DNA of 64,000 bases. It comes from an uncultured bacterium (GTDB lineage Bacteria > Omnitrophota > Omnitrophia > Omnitrophales > Aquincolibacteriaceae). The translations under genes and the position numbers were made by a program. Under the pieces are notes generated by a model that was not told the origin of the DNA, made no database searches, and saw only the letters and a list, made by a program, of their open reading frames with translations. The stretch lies in assembly GCA_964445745.1 (NCBI GenBank), contig CAYULU010000001.1, positions 35,873-99,872 of the forward strand. The letters are read 5' to 3'. This document shows positions 29,762-39,560 of this stretch, piece after piece; position 1 is the first letter of the stretch; each line of letters begins with the position of its first letter.

Positions 29762-31456
29762 ATGAAAAATTCTCCCCTTAAGATAGCGATTGGTCAGATG
29801 AATCCCACTGTTGGGGACTATGCGGCCAATGCGGCCAAAATCATGGATTGGATCGGAAAGGCAGAGCGGGAGGGCGCGGATCTCGTTGTGTTCCCCGAAT
29901 GCGCGCTTTGCGGTTACCCCGTCTGGGATCTTGCCAATAAAAAAGCGTTCCTTGCGGAAGGCGCGAAGTGGCTTAGGGAGATTGTAGCTTCGACGCGCGG
30001 TAAAAAAATCGCTGTCGTTTTAGGTTTTATTGATAAGGGGTTTTCACCGAATGCTGAACGCCGTACACCGTACTCATTGAATGCCGCGGCGTGGATTGAA
30101 ACCGGGAAAATTCGTGCGGTTTACCACAAACGCTTGCTACCCACTTACGATGTTTTTCTCGAAGAGATTTTTTTCCGTCCGGGCCAAAAACCGGGAATCG
30201 TGTCGTTTCGCGGCCGCAAAATAGGTCTTACCGTATGTGAAGATATTTGGGATGCCGGATATCAACTGAAGCCGCTTGCGGAGCTTAAGGCTCTGGGTGC
30301 AGATTTTGTCATTAATATTTCCGCGTCACCTTACTACCGGCAAGTTCGTAAAAAACGGGCGGCTGTGGTTTGTTCGCAGTCCCGTCGTTACAAATTCCCG
30401 ATTCTCTATGTCAATCAGGTGGGGGGACAGGATGATCTGGTCTTTGACGGTGCGAGTCTGATGACGAACGAACAGGGACGAATCCTTTTCCAAGCTCCGG
30501 CATTTTCCGAGGATCTCTTTTTCCTTTTTCCCGGGGAGCTTGATTTGACACGGGGGGAATCCCGGTCGGTTCCATCTCAGGACGATGACGATGTGGAAAC
30601 CTATATTCCGGAAATGTATCAGGCGCTTGTGACCGGTGTCAGAGACTATTTTCGGAAGAACGGCTTTAAGAAGGCGATTCTTGGTTTGAGTGGAGGGATT
30701 GATTCGGCGATCGTGGCGTGCATTGCAGTGGATGCCCTCGGGGCTCATGCCGTGAAGGGGGTGACCATGCCCGGTCCGTTTTCGTCGCGGGGAAGCTGGA
30801 AGGATTCTGAGCGGTTGGCGAAAAATCTCGGGATTGATTTCGAAACACGTCCGATCCAAAAAATGTATCAGACGTTTTTGAATCAAACGACCCGGGTAGC
30901 GAATCGCGGAGAATGTAGCCCAAGCCTGGCCATGGAAAATCTCCAGGCGAGGTTGCGGGGACTGGAGCTGATGTACTTTTCCAACAGTGAAGGTCGTCTG
31001 CTTCTTGCAACCGGAAACAAATCTGAACTTGCGATGGGATATTGCACGCTTTACGGAGATATGGCCGGCGGCCTGGCGGTGATCGGGGATGTCTATAAAA
31101 CGGATGTCTACAAACTTTCCCGGTACCGGAATTTGATTCGACACCTGATTCCCGATGTCATTCTTGACAAGGCGCCGTCCGCGGAACTTAGGCCGAACCA
31201 AAAAGATCAGGATTCGCTGCCGCCCTATGAGGTCCTGGATGAAATCCTGCGACTTTACATCGAAAAAAATCTTGATTGTCGAGAGATCGTTCGAAGGCTC
31301 GGGAAAAAGAAAATTCGGCCCGCAGTGATCGAGGAGACTCTTCGCAAGGTGGATCATAACGAGTACAAGCGCCGCCAGACGCCGCCCATTCTTCGTGTGA
31401 CGGAAAAAGCCTGGTTTGGCCGCCGGATGCCGATCACCAACAGGTTTCAAGGATAG
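29762..31456 (+). CDS. nadE: Glutamine-dependent NAD+ synthetase (N-terminal CN-hydrolase domain plus C-terminal NAD synthase domain).
   Basis: N-terminus MKNSPLKIAIGQMNPTVGDYAAN. FPECALCGYP nitrilase-type Cys. PP-loop LGLSGGIDSA. Length 564 aa typical of the fused form. Confidence 0.9.
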   Translation: MKNSPLKIAIGQMNPTVGDYAANAAKIMDWIGKAEREGADLVVFPECALCGYPVWDLANKKAFLAEGAKWLREIVASTRGKKIAVVLGFIDKGFSPNAERRTPYSLNAAAWIETGKIRAVYHKRLLPTYDVFLEEIFFRPGQKPGIVSFRGRKIGLTVCEDIWDAGYQLKPLAELKALGADFVINISASPYYRQVRKKRAAVVCSQSRRYKFPILYVNQVGGQDDLVFDGASLMTNEQGRILFQAPAFSEDLFFLFPGELDLTRGESRSVPSQDDDDVETYIPEMYQALVTGVRDYFRKNGFKKAILGLSGGIDSAIVACIAVDALGAHAVKGVTMPGPFSSRGSWKDSERLAKNLGIDFETRPIQKMYQTFLNQTTRVANRGECSPSLAMENLQARLRGLELMYFSNSEGRLLLATGNKSELAMGYCTLYGDMAGGLAVIGDVYKTDVYKLSRYRNLIRHLIPDVILDKAPSAELRPNQKDQDSLPPYEVLDEILRLYIEKNLDCREIVRRLGKKKIRPAVIEETLRKVDHNEYKRRQTPPILRVTEKAWFGRRMPITNRFQG

Positions 31457-31487
31457 GTCCTGCGTGACAATTTTGAAGCCTCCCCCG

Positions 31488-31955
31488 ATGATACATCATG
31501 TCGACCTTAGGACCAGGGGCGGAGTATTTCGGCTTGAATTTAGTGGCAGGGGCCTTTATCGGATCAAGTTCCCGAAGGGTGACCCCTTACCGGAATCTCC
31601 GCGAGAAGTTTTTCGGATCTTTAAGAAGTATTTGAGTGCGAAACTGGATCTGACCGGGTTGACTCCCTTTCAAAAGAAAATTTATTCAACCCTGATGAAT
31701 GTACCCGAAGGGGCGACGATTTCATACGGGGATCTTGCGGTTCGAGCGGGATTCCCCAAAGCGGCACGGGCCGTGGGGACGGCGATGAGGAAGAACCGGT
31801 TGCCCTTGGTCATCCCTTGCCACCGTGTTGTTCCGGCGAAAGGAGGAGTGGGCGAGTATTCGGCCCTGCCGGGGCTCCGGCAGGCCGGCAAGAAGTGGAA
31901 ACGGGCACTGCTTGATTATGAGCACTGTCTGAAGGGCCATTCTCAACTTTTGTAA
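31488..31955 (+). CDS. ogt: Methylated-DNA-[protein]-cysteine S-methyltransferase (Ogt/MGMT).
   Basis: Active-site motif IPCHRVV. DNA-binding-domain-like TPFQKKIYSTLMNVPEGATISYGDLA. Track ORF begins at 31416 and overlaps nadE; I prefer the ATG at 31488 (alternative GTG at 31464). Confidence 0.8.
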   Translation: MIHHVDLRTRGGVFRLEFSGRGLYRIKFPKGDPLPESPREVFRIFKKYLSAKLDLTGLTPFQKKIYSTLMNVPEGATISYGDLAVRAGFPKAARAVGTAMRKNRLPLVIPCHRVVPAKGGVGEYSALPGLRQAGKKWKRALLDYEHCLKGHSQLL

Positions 31956-31972
31956 AACAAGATCGTTGTTCA

Positions 31973-32002
31973 TTGAGAGTTGAGCGTCGTGTGTGTTATA
32001 AT
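31973..32002 (+). promoter_or_regulatory. Candidate promoter for rsfS (-35 TTGAGA, 18-bp spacer, extended -10 TGtTATAAT).
   Basis: Perfect TATAAT with upstream TG in the ogt-rsfS gap. Confidence 0.45.
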
Positions 32003-32110
32003 TCCGAACTTTTTAATTCCGCAACGTAGTTTAATGGCGGATCAATCCATGTCTGTCGCTCCTTACGAAACGCCAGGCTGTGCGGACATCCAGGAAGGTG
32101 AGTTGATATT

Positions 32111-32482
32111 TTGCAACCGAAACGAATGGCTGAGCTAATCCGATCGCTCGCGGAAGACAAGAAAGCGGAAGACCTTGTGCTGCTGGATATTTCAAAATTG
32201 TCCAGCCTGACCCATTATTTTATCGTGACCCACGGGAATAATGCTCCCCATGTTCGCGCGATTTCCGAACACGTTATGGTCGAGATGAAAAAACGGAAGA
32301 TGCCTGTTTTTCATGTGGAGGGATTGCAAGACGCGAAATGGGTCCTGTTGGATTTTGGCCCGGTGATTGTCCACGTATTCTACAAGGAAACCCGCGAATT
32401 TTATTCAATTGAGCGTCTTTGGGGGGAAGGTAAACTGCTTTTAAAACGGGACGAGATTGACGAAAAACAGGACACGAAATGA
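32111..32482 (+). CDS. rsfS: Ribosomal silencing factor RsfS (Iojap family).
   Basis: KKAEDLVLLDISKLSSLTHYFIVTHGNNAPHVRAISEHV is a typical Iojap core. TTG at 32111 is preceded by AGGAAGGTGAG. Alternative ATG start at 32126. Confidence 0.78.
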   Translation: MQPKRMAELIRSLAEDKKAEDLVLLDISKLSSLTHYFIVTHGNNAPHVRAISEHVMVEMKKRKMPVFHVEGLQDAKWVLLDFGPVIVHVFYKETREFYSIERLWGEGKLLLKRDEIDEKQDTK

Positions 32483-32560
32483 TGCCCGCTCTCCCGGCCT
32501 CAGGCGTTGATTTCCGGTTCTTTTTACCCATCATTTTTGTGGGTCTAACCAGGTGATTGT

Positions 32561-34216
32561 ATGAAATTTAAAATCGAAACCATTCTCGCGACGGTCATTG
32601 ATGGCCTTTGTGTCGCCAAGGGGATTGAAAAGCCCGCCGGTTTTTCGTACGACCTTCATCCCCCAAGAGAATCCGGCCGAGGAGATCTTTCCACGAATGT
32701 TGCTTTCAAGCTGTCCAAGATTTTAAAGAAGAAACCCGCCGAGATTGCCGGGATGATGATCGCCGCGATCGAGGCCTTGGGGGATTCGCCTGTGGAGCGA
32801 ATGGAGATTGCGGGCGGGGGATTTATCAATTTTTTCTTTCGCAAGGAAGACCTGGGTTCGATGATTGTTGCGATTCACCGGGCTGACCGGCAATACGGCA
32901 GTTCGGATTATGGGAAGGGAAAAAAGGTCATTGTCGAATTTGTGAGCGCCAATCCTACGGGTCCGATGACGATTGCGCACGGAAGGCAGGCTGCTGTGGG
33001 AGATTCCCTGTGTCGGATCCTGAAGGCCGCCGGGTATGAAGTTCACGCCGAATATTACCTGAACGATGCCGGCCGGCAAATGAATTTGTTAGCGCGAAGT
33101 GTTTGGGCCCGTTACCACGAGCTCTTGGGGATTGAAATGGCACTTCCGGAGGACGGTTACAAGGGCGAGTATGTTCGCCAAATCGCTCGTGACATCATTG
33201 AAAAAGAAAAAAAAGACAACCTTCATCAGGGGCCGGAGGACAAGGCAATCGAATATTGCGGCGCCTATGCGGTGAAGACGATCATGAGCTGGATCGAGAC
33301 GGATCTTGCGAAAATGGGAGTTCACTTTGACCATTATTTCAGCGAGAAAACGCTCTATGAAAAAAAATCTGTGGAGCATGCGCTTGAGGTATTGCGGCAG
33401 AAAGGGTTCCTTTTTGAAAATGAGGGGGCGCTTTGGTTCCGATCGACCGATTTCGGGGATGACAAGGACCGGGTGGTAAAAAAAACGACAGGGGAGTACA
33501 CCTATCTGGCACCGGATATTGCCTATCATCTTTCAAAATATGAACGGGGTTATGAATTTCTTGTGAATTTTTGGGGCCCTGATCACCATGGCTACATCCC
33601 GCGGCTTAAGGCGGCTTGTCAGGCGCTGGGTTATCCTCCGGAAGCGATCCATATCAGAATTGTCCAGCTTACGACACTTTTTCGGGAAGGACAGCCTGTG
33701 CGAATGTCGACACGGGCAGGGGAGTTTGTAACCCTTCGCGAGCTTTATGATGAAGTGGGTGTTGATGCCACTCGTTTTTTCTTTACGATGCGGCGTCAGG
33801 AAAGTCCGCTTGATTTTGACCTCGATCTCGCGAAGGCACAGTCTCAGGAAAATCCGGTTTACTACCTTCAGTATGCTCACGCCCGTATCGCCAGCCTTCT
33901 GAAGTTCTCGGGGGAAAAGGTCACGACCGAAGTGGACCTTGGACTGCTTTCCTCCAAAGAGGAAGGGGAATTGATCGGTTGTCTGTCACAGTTTCCCGAT
34001 ATGGTGGTGGCGGCGAGCCGGCTCACGGAGCCCTACCGACTTGCGGATTATTTAAGACAAGTGGCAGCGTGTTTTCACAAGTTTTATTCTTCCCACCGAA
34101 TTGTGACCGAGGACAAGGATCTTACGAAGGCGCGCCTGCTTTTGTCTGATGCGACACGTATTGTGCTTCGCAATGGTCTCGAACTGCTTGGTATCTCACA
34201 ACCGGAATCGATGTAG
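32561..34216 (+). CDS. argS: Arginine--tRNA ligase.
   Basis: Class I HIGH region SANPTGPMTIAHGRQAAVGD. C-terminal anticodon-binding region with DYLRQ. 551 aa. Confidence 0.9.
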   Translation: MKFKIETILATVIDGLCVAKGIEKPAGFSYDLHPPRESGRGDLSTNVAFKLSKILKKKPAEIAGMMIAAIEALGDSPVERMEIAGGGFINFFFRKEDLGSMIVAIHRADRQYGSSDYGKGKKVIVEFVSANPTGPMTIAHGRQAAVGDSLCRILKAAGYEVHAEYYLNDAGRQMNLLARSVWARYHELLGIEMALPEDGYKGEYVRQIARDIIEKEKKDNLHQGPEDKAIEYCGAYAVKTIMSWIETDLAKMGVHFDHYFSEKTLYEKKSVEHALEVLRQKGFLFENEGALWFRSTDFGDDKDRVVKKTTGEYTYLAPDIAYHLSKYERGYEFLVNFWGPDHHGYIPRLKAACQALGYPPEAIHIRIVQLTTLFREGQPVRMSTRAGEFVTLRELYDEVGVDATRFFFTMRRQESPLDFDLDLAKAQSQENPVYYLQYAHARIASLLKFSGEKVTTEVDLGLLSSKEEGELIGCLSQFPDMVVAASRLTEPYRLADYLRQVAACFHKFYSSHRIVTEDKDLTKARLLLSDATRIVLRNGLELLGISQPESM

Positions 34217-34323
34217 GATTTAGAGGATAGGGCTTAGCAGACAGAAAAATGTTTTTCCTATACCGCAAACACTTTACCCTATTAGCACAGATCCTGACCC
34301 GGTACGCCTGTGAATAAAAATAC

Positions 34324-35292
34324 ATGCTGATTTCTCCCGTTGTTTTGTTGATTGTCGGTCCGACCGCTTCAGGAAAAACTTCCCTCTCCATTGAACTCGC
34401 AAAACGTCTCGGGGGAGAGATTATTTCTGCCGATTCCATGCTTGTTTACAAAGGAATGGATATCGGGACTGCGAAGCCGTCCTTAAAGGATCGCCTCAGG
34501 ATTCCACACCACGGTATTGATCTTATTGAGCCGACCCGAAAATTTTCCGTATTTCAATACCGTCAATTTGCCTTGAAATCGATCCGCGATGTTGTCGCTC
34601 GCGGCAAAGTCCCGATTGTGGTAGGCGGGACCGGGTTTTATATCAGGGCGCTTTTGGAGGGGTTGTCACCTTTACCCGGGGCCGATGCGAAGATCCGGAA
34701 AAAACTGGAGCAAGAATTGAAAATGAAAGGACCTGAACGGCTCTATAAGCGGCTTTTGAAGATTGATCCCGAAAGAGCCCGGGACATCGGGCCACATAAT
34801 ATAAGGCGCATTGTGAGGGCCCTTGAGATTTATCTGGTTTCAGGGCGGAAACCTTCCCGGCCAGCTTCCCCGAGCCCCGGTCTGCGTGAATTGGGTTATT
34901 GCCCGGTGGTCATCGGACTCAACCGCGACAGAGCTTCCCTTTATGAGGAGATCAATCGTCGAGTTGACCGAATGTTTCGAAAGGGGCTTTTGACGGAGAT
35001 CAAAAAGCTTTCGAGGAAACGGCTTTCGATGACGGCCCGTCAGGGAGTGGGCTATAAGGAAATCCTTGCCGATGTCTTGCACGCTTCCGGTTCAGCGGCG
35101 GGGTGGGAACGCCGGGCGCGAACCCAGGGTCGGGACAGGATCAAGCAGGCAACGCGGCAGTTTGCAAAACGTCAATGGACCTGGTTTAAAAAAGAAAAAG
35201 GGATCCGTTGGGTGTGGTGGCCTGAGGGAATTCCTGTGTCTAGGATATCGGATTTCATTGTGGACTTGGTTGAAAGGTCTTCGCATGGCTGA
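34324..35292 (+). CDS. miaA: tRNA dimethylallyltransferase.
   Basis: P-loop GPTASGKTSLSIELAKRLGGEIISADSMLVYKGMDIGTAKP, the canonical MiaA N-terminus. Confidence 0.9.
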   Translation: MLISPVVLLIVGPTASGKTSLSIELAKRLGGEIISADSMLVYKGMDIGTAKPSLKDRLRIPHHGIDLIEPTRKFSVFQYRQFALKSIRDVVARGKVPIVVGGTGFYIRALLEGLSPLPGADAKIRKKLEQELKMKGPERLYKRLLKIDPERARDIGPHNIRRIVRALEIYLVSGRKPSRPASPSPGLRELGYCPVVIGLNRDRASLYEEINRRVDRMFRKGLLTEIKKLSRKRLSMTARQGVGYKEILADVLHASGSAAGWERRARTQGRDRIKQATRQFAKRQWTWFKKEKGIRWVWWPEGIPVSRISDFIVDLVERSSHG

Positions 35293-35369
35293 TTATTTTA
35301 CGCACAAAACGCAACGCGCAACGTTTTCGATAGTTTTGTTTCATTGTCCATGGAATTTTACACTGATTT

Positions 35370-36446
35370 ATGGATAAAGTGTTTCTTGTGATTGCCAAGC
35401 ATTCACGGATGAATGCGGCGGATACGGCGGCCATGTTGGCCGAAATGAAAGAGTTGACTCTCTCCGCTAACGGAACCCTGGTGGGGGAAACGCGTGCGAA
35501 TGTCGCGGAACCGAGCCCCAGTCATTATATTCGGGGTGGAAAGCTTGAAGAACTCAGGGTTCGTACCCTCGAAACGCGGGCGAGTGTCGTCATTTTTAGC
35601 GTGGACCTTTCGGCGGTACAAGCCCGCAATATTGAGAATGCGCTGGGGGGAGTCCGGGTGGTTGACCGGACGGGATTAATTCTCGATATTTTTGCCCGTC
35701 GCGCGGTTTCAAAAGATGGAAAACTTCAAGTGGAACTTGCCCAGCTTCAATACCTTTTGCCGAGGCTGGTCGGAAAAGGCGTGATGATGTCACGGCTTGG
35801 GGGTGGAATCGGAACCCGGGGACCCGGGGAGCAGAAACTCGAGATTGACCGGCGAAAAATCCGGAATCGAATTGAGCATATCAAGGAACAGATCGAGAAA
35901 CTTTCGCGGCATCGGGCCTTGGTCAGGGCCGGCCGTAGGCAAAAAGGTCTGCGTCAGGTTGCGATTGTCGGATACACGAATGCCGGGAAATCGACTCTCC
36001 TGAATGCGTTGACCGGAGCCGATGCCTACGTGGAAAATCGCTTGTTTGCCACACTGGATCCCAAAACCCGGATTTTAAATGATGCTGCCGGAGATCCGGT
36101 TCTTTTTACGGACACGGTCGGGTTCATCCGGGATTTGCCTCACGGACTCGTCAAAGCCTTTCATGCGACCCTTGAAGAATCGACTGAAGCTGACCTGATC
36201 TTAATGGTGGTGGATGCCTCCGACGAGCAGGCCCTGAAACACAAAGATGTGGTGGAGAAAGTCTTGAAGGAAATTGGTGCGGAGGCTCGCCCTAAAGTGA
36301 TGGTACTGAACAAGGCGGATTTGTTGAATGATCAGGCGAAGGTTCGTATCGGTGATCAGTTCCCCGAATCTATTCTTATTTCGGCAAGCCAAAAATCAGG
36401 GTTACCGGACTTGTTGAAAAAAATCCGGAAGATTCTTTTTGCCTGA
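35370..36446 (+). CDS. hflX: GTPase HflX.
   Basis: G1 box VAIVGYTNAGKSTLLNALTG. TLDP, DTVGFI and NKAD motifs. N-terminal HflX domain. Confidence 0.88.
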   Translation: MDKVFLVIAKHSRMNAADTAAMLAEMKELTLSANGTLVGETRANVAEPSPSHYIRGGKLEELRVRTLETRASVVIFSVDLSAVQARNIENALGGVRVVDRTGLILDIFARRAVSKDGKLQVELAQLQYLLPRLVGKGVMMSRLGGGIGTRGPGEQKLEIDRRKIRNRIEHIKEQIEKLSRHRALVRAGRRQKGLRQVAIVGYTNAGKSTLLNALTGADAYVENRLFATLDPKTRILNDAAGDPVLFTDTVGFIRDLPHGLVKAFHATLEESTEADLILMVVDASDEQALKHKDVVEKVLKEIGAEARPKVMVLNKADLLNDQAKVRIGDQFPESILISASQKSGLPDLLKKIRKILFA

Positions 36447-36505
36447 TCAACAGTCTTCCGTCGGTGTATTGTTCCAGAAAAGTTTCATCAAAGCTGGAGG
36501 GGCTA

Positions 36506-36514
36506 TGCTATAAT
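36506..36514 (+). promoter_or_regulatory. Extended -10 element TGcTATAAT upstream of the tal-pgi fusion gene.
   Basis: Perfect TATAAT 72 nt upstream of the ATG. SD GAGAGGA 5 nt before the ATG. Confidence 0.4.
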
Positions 36515-36585
36515 TTCGCCTGTTTGACCCGCCCAAGATGACTTAATTTCAAGAAATATCCAACACCTGTTAACGAGAGGAAATT

Positions 36586-39462
36586 ATGGAGACTATGATG
36601 GAACCGCGTGCGAGTATTGAACTTTTTAAAGCGGGACAGGGTCCCTGGCTTGACACGATCAGCCGGAGGCTTTTGAAATCCGGGCAACTAAAAAAATGGA
36701 TTGAGGACGACGGGCTCCTCGGTGTGACATCGAACCCCTCCATTTTTCAGCAGGCCATCACTCAGGGTGAAGGTTACGAGCAGGATATCCGAAAAATGCT
36801 CGCCCAGGGGGCTTCCACACTTGAAATTTATGATGCGCTTACAATCGCGGATATTCGAGAAACCTGCAAACTTTTTCTTCCGGTTTTTGAGAGAACACAA
36901 CAGGAGCATGGGTTCGTAAGTCTTGAGGTTCTTCCGTGCCTTGCGGCGAATAAAGAAGCCACGATCCGGGAAGCCAAACGGCTATTTTCGGCGGTTCATT
37001 GTTCCAATCTTATGATCAAGGTTCCGGCCACGCCAGCCGGGATTTTGGCGGTGGAGGAACTGATCGCTCTCGGAATTAATGTGAATGTGACACTGATTTT
37101 TTCCCAGGCGAATTACCGCGAAGTGGCCCAAGCGTATATTGCCGGTCTGACGCGATTTGCGGCGAAAGGTGGAGATCCCGCGAAGGTCCATTCGGTGGCG
37201 AGTGTTTTCGTAAGCCGAATTGATACGGAGATTGATAAACAACTGGATCTGAAACTTGCCGGGGAGCGGGACAGTGTGAAGCGAATGACGCTCGACGAAC
37301 TCAAGGGCAAAGCCGCGATTGCAAATGCCAAGCTGATCTATCAGGATTTTAAGGAGATTTTTTCTTCGGAAGAGTTCCGGTCACTCCGCGATCGTGGGGC
37401 ATTTGTCCAGAAAGTTCTCTGGGGAAGCACGAGCGCTAAAAATCCTTCCTATCCCGACCTTGTTTATGTTGAAAATCTGGTGGGTAACGATAGCGTCAAC
37501 ACCCTGCCTCAGGCCACATGGGAAGCCCTTTTGGATCATGGACAGATTCGCGCGAATTCCATCGAGGAGAATCTTGACGAATCGCGCGATACCATTTCCT
37601 GTCTTAAGAAGTTCGGAATTGATGTCCACGAGGTATGCGAGAAGCTACAACGGGATGGGGTCAAGGCCTTCGTCATGGCCTTTGAATCGTTGATGTCTGT
37701 GATCGAGAAGAAACGTTTTGAAAATCTTAAATGTGCCGGCACCGTCAAGGTGACGTATGCTCTCCCTGAAAAAACGGAAAAAGCCATTGGGGTTGCAATC
37801 AAGGATTTTGAAAAAAAAGATCTGCATGCCCGATGGCTTGCGAAGGACCCGACCCTCTGGACGAATGATCCGGCCCATCACAAAGTGATCTTGAACCGGC
37901 TGGGGTGGGTGGAAATCGCTGAGAAGGTGACTGGGAAACTTTATGAACTGGATCTTTTGCAGGCAAAGATCGCGAGAGAAAATGTCCGCGATATTGTATT
38001 GCTGGGTATGGGAGGTTCCAGTCTGGCGGCTGAAGTGATGTCGTCGATTCTCAAAAAGCCTTCCCACCGCTCACCGTCGGCGGTCAAGCCGCGGTTCCAC
38101 TTACTGGATACCACGGATCCGCTCAGTATTTCTCGGGTCAATAGCGTGATCCAGTACGATAAAACGATGTTTATCGTTGGAAGTAAATCCGGCTCTACCA
38201 TTGAAACCCGTTCTCAGTATCAATTTTTCTTTCATGCCGTCAAACGGTTCTATCGGGGCGATGAACCAAAAGCCGCGAGTCGGTTCGTGATAGTGACCGA
38301 TGAGGGGTCGCCGTTTGCCCAAATGGGGAAGGCCATGAACCTGGCGGGACTTTTTCTGAACCCCTCCGATATTGGCGGGCGCTATTCGGCGCTTTCACTT
38401 TTTGGACTTGTCCCGGCGGCGTCTCTCGGGACGGATGTTCGGAAAATGCTTAAAGACGCTCAAATGGCTCTCTCGAATATGAGAGACTCCAAGGACTTGA
38501 AAAAGAATCGCGGGATTTACCTCGGAATTGTCCTCGGGATCTTAGCGATTCAAGGGAAGGACAAGTTGACGTTTCTGACATCATCGTCACTGGCTTCTTT
38601 TGCGGATTGGGCGGAACAACTGATCGCGGAAAGTACCGGGAAGGAAGGTAAAGGTATTACCCCTGTTGCCGGGGAGCCTTTTCTCGGTCTGGAAAAATAC
38701 GGATCGAACCGTGTGTTTGTTCTTTTGCGGCAAAAGGGGGAAAACGAAAAGGGATGGGCGGATCGATCTCGTTCGCTCAAGGCGAAAGGTTTTCCGGTCA
38801 TTGATTGTCTTTGGGAAGATGGCATGAATGTTGGCGGGGAGTTTCTCGTCTGGGAAATTGCAACCAGCATTGCCGGCGTTCTCCTTCGGATCAACCCGTT
38901 TGACGAGCCCAATGTCAAGGAGTCAAAGGACATTACAGGGCGCATTCTTCAGAAAATGCAGAAAAAGAGAGCTCTGCCGAAGCCGGCTATGTCGCTTAAG
39001 GTGTCGTCGTCGCGCCTTTCTGCGATCGAAAAAAATCTTCTGGGCAGGTTTTTTAGCAAGTTGGATCCCAAGGGTTATCTATCGTTGCTTGCCTACATCG
39101 ACCGGACGGCGGATTCCAAAAAGGATCTGCAGGCCATTCAAAAACTTCTGGCGGCGGCACTTCGGGTGCCGGCTTTATCAGGGTTCGGCCCTCGCTATTT
39201 GCATTCGATCGGACAGCTCTATAAAGGCGGTCCCAAGAGCGGGAGTTTCATCGAGTTTTACGTTCGAGACACAAAGGATTTGAAGATCCCCGGCGAATTC
39301 TATGGTTTCAGCCAGTTGAAGACGGCGCAGGCGATGGGGGACTACTTGGCAACGTCAAACAAGGGACTTCCAGTGCTTGTGGTGGATCTTGGACGTGACC
39401 CCAACCGAGGGCTTCGAACCTTTGGTGCGAAATTAACGGCGTATCTGAAGTCCGTTGGATGA
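36586..39462 (+). CDS. Bifunctional transaldolase / glucose-6-phosphate isomerase (Tal-Pgi fusion).
   Basis: N-terminal ~370 aa transaldolase (GVTSNPSIFQQAI, active-site region). C-terminal SIS-type PGI (LLGMGGSSLAAEV, GSKSGSTIETRS). 958 aa. Confidence 0.85.
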   Translation: METMMEPRASIELFKAGQGPWLDTISRRLLKSGQLKKWIEDDGLLGVTSNPSIFQQAITQGEGYEQDIRKMLAQGASTLEIYDALTIADIRETCKLFLPVFERTQQEHGFVSLEVLPCLAANKEATIREAKRLFSAVHCSNLMIKVPATPAGILAVEELIALGINVNVTLIFSQANYREVAQAYIAGLTRFAAKGGDPAKVHSVASVFVSRIDTEIDKQLDLKLAGERDSVKRMTLDELKGKAAIANAKLIYQDFKEIFSSEEFRSLRDRGAFVQKVLWGSTSAKNPSYPDLVYVENLVGNDSVNTLPQATWEALLDHGQIRANSIEENLDESRDTISCLKKFGIDVHEVCEKLQRDGVKAFVMAFESLMSVIEKKRFENLKCAGTVKVTYALPEKTEKAIGVAIKDFEKKDLHARWLAKDPTLWTNDPAHHKVILNRLGWVEIAEKVTGKLYELDLLQAKIARENVRDIVLLGMGGSSLAAEVMSSILKKPSHRSPSAVKPRFHLLDTTDPLSISRVNSVIQYDKTMFIVGSKSGSTIETRSQYQFFFHAVKRFYRGDEPKAASRFVIVTDEGSPFAQMGKAMNLAGLFLNPSDIGGRYSALSLFGLVPAASLGTDVRKMLKDAQMALSNMRDSKDLKKNRGIYLGIVLGILAIQGKDKLTFLTSSSLASFADWAEQLIAESTGKEGKGITPVAGEPFLGLEKYGSNRVFVLLRQKGENEKGWADRSRSLKAKGFPVIDCLWEDGMNVGGEFLVWEIATSIAGVLLRINPFDEPNVKESKDITGRILQKMQKKRALPKPAMSLKVSSSRLSAIEKNLLGRFFSKLDPKGYLSLLAYIDRTADSKKDLQAIQKLLAAALRVPALSGFGPRYLHSIGQLYKGGPKSGSFIEFYVRDTKDLKIPGEFYGFSQLKTAQAMGDYLATSNKGLPVLVVDLGRDPNRGLRTFGAKLTAYLKSVG

Positions 39463-39560
39463 TTTCAGGTCGTGCCGGTTTCGTGAAGGCGCAATCAAAA
39501 AATAGGCTCAAGCAAAAAGCTAACAGGGCGAAAATATAGTCTAAAGGATTTAAACGCGCC

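Noticed and set aside
30326-31450. 374-aa minus-strand ORF.
   Set aside because: It lies entirely antisense to the well-supported nadE gene. This is a typical long antisense ORF in GC-rich coding DNA, with no start context or family.
31416-31487. Upstream extension of ogt overlapping nadE by 41 bp.
   Set aside because: An in-frame ATG at 31488 gives a canonical-length MGMT (~155 aa) with the expected N-domain. The extension has no SD and would overlap nadE.
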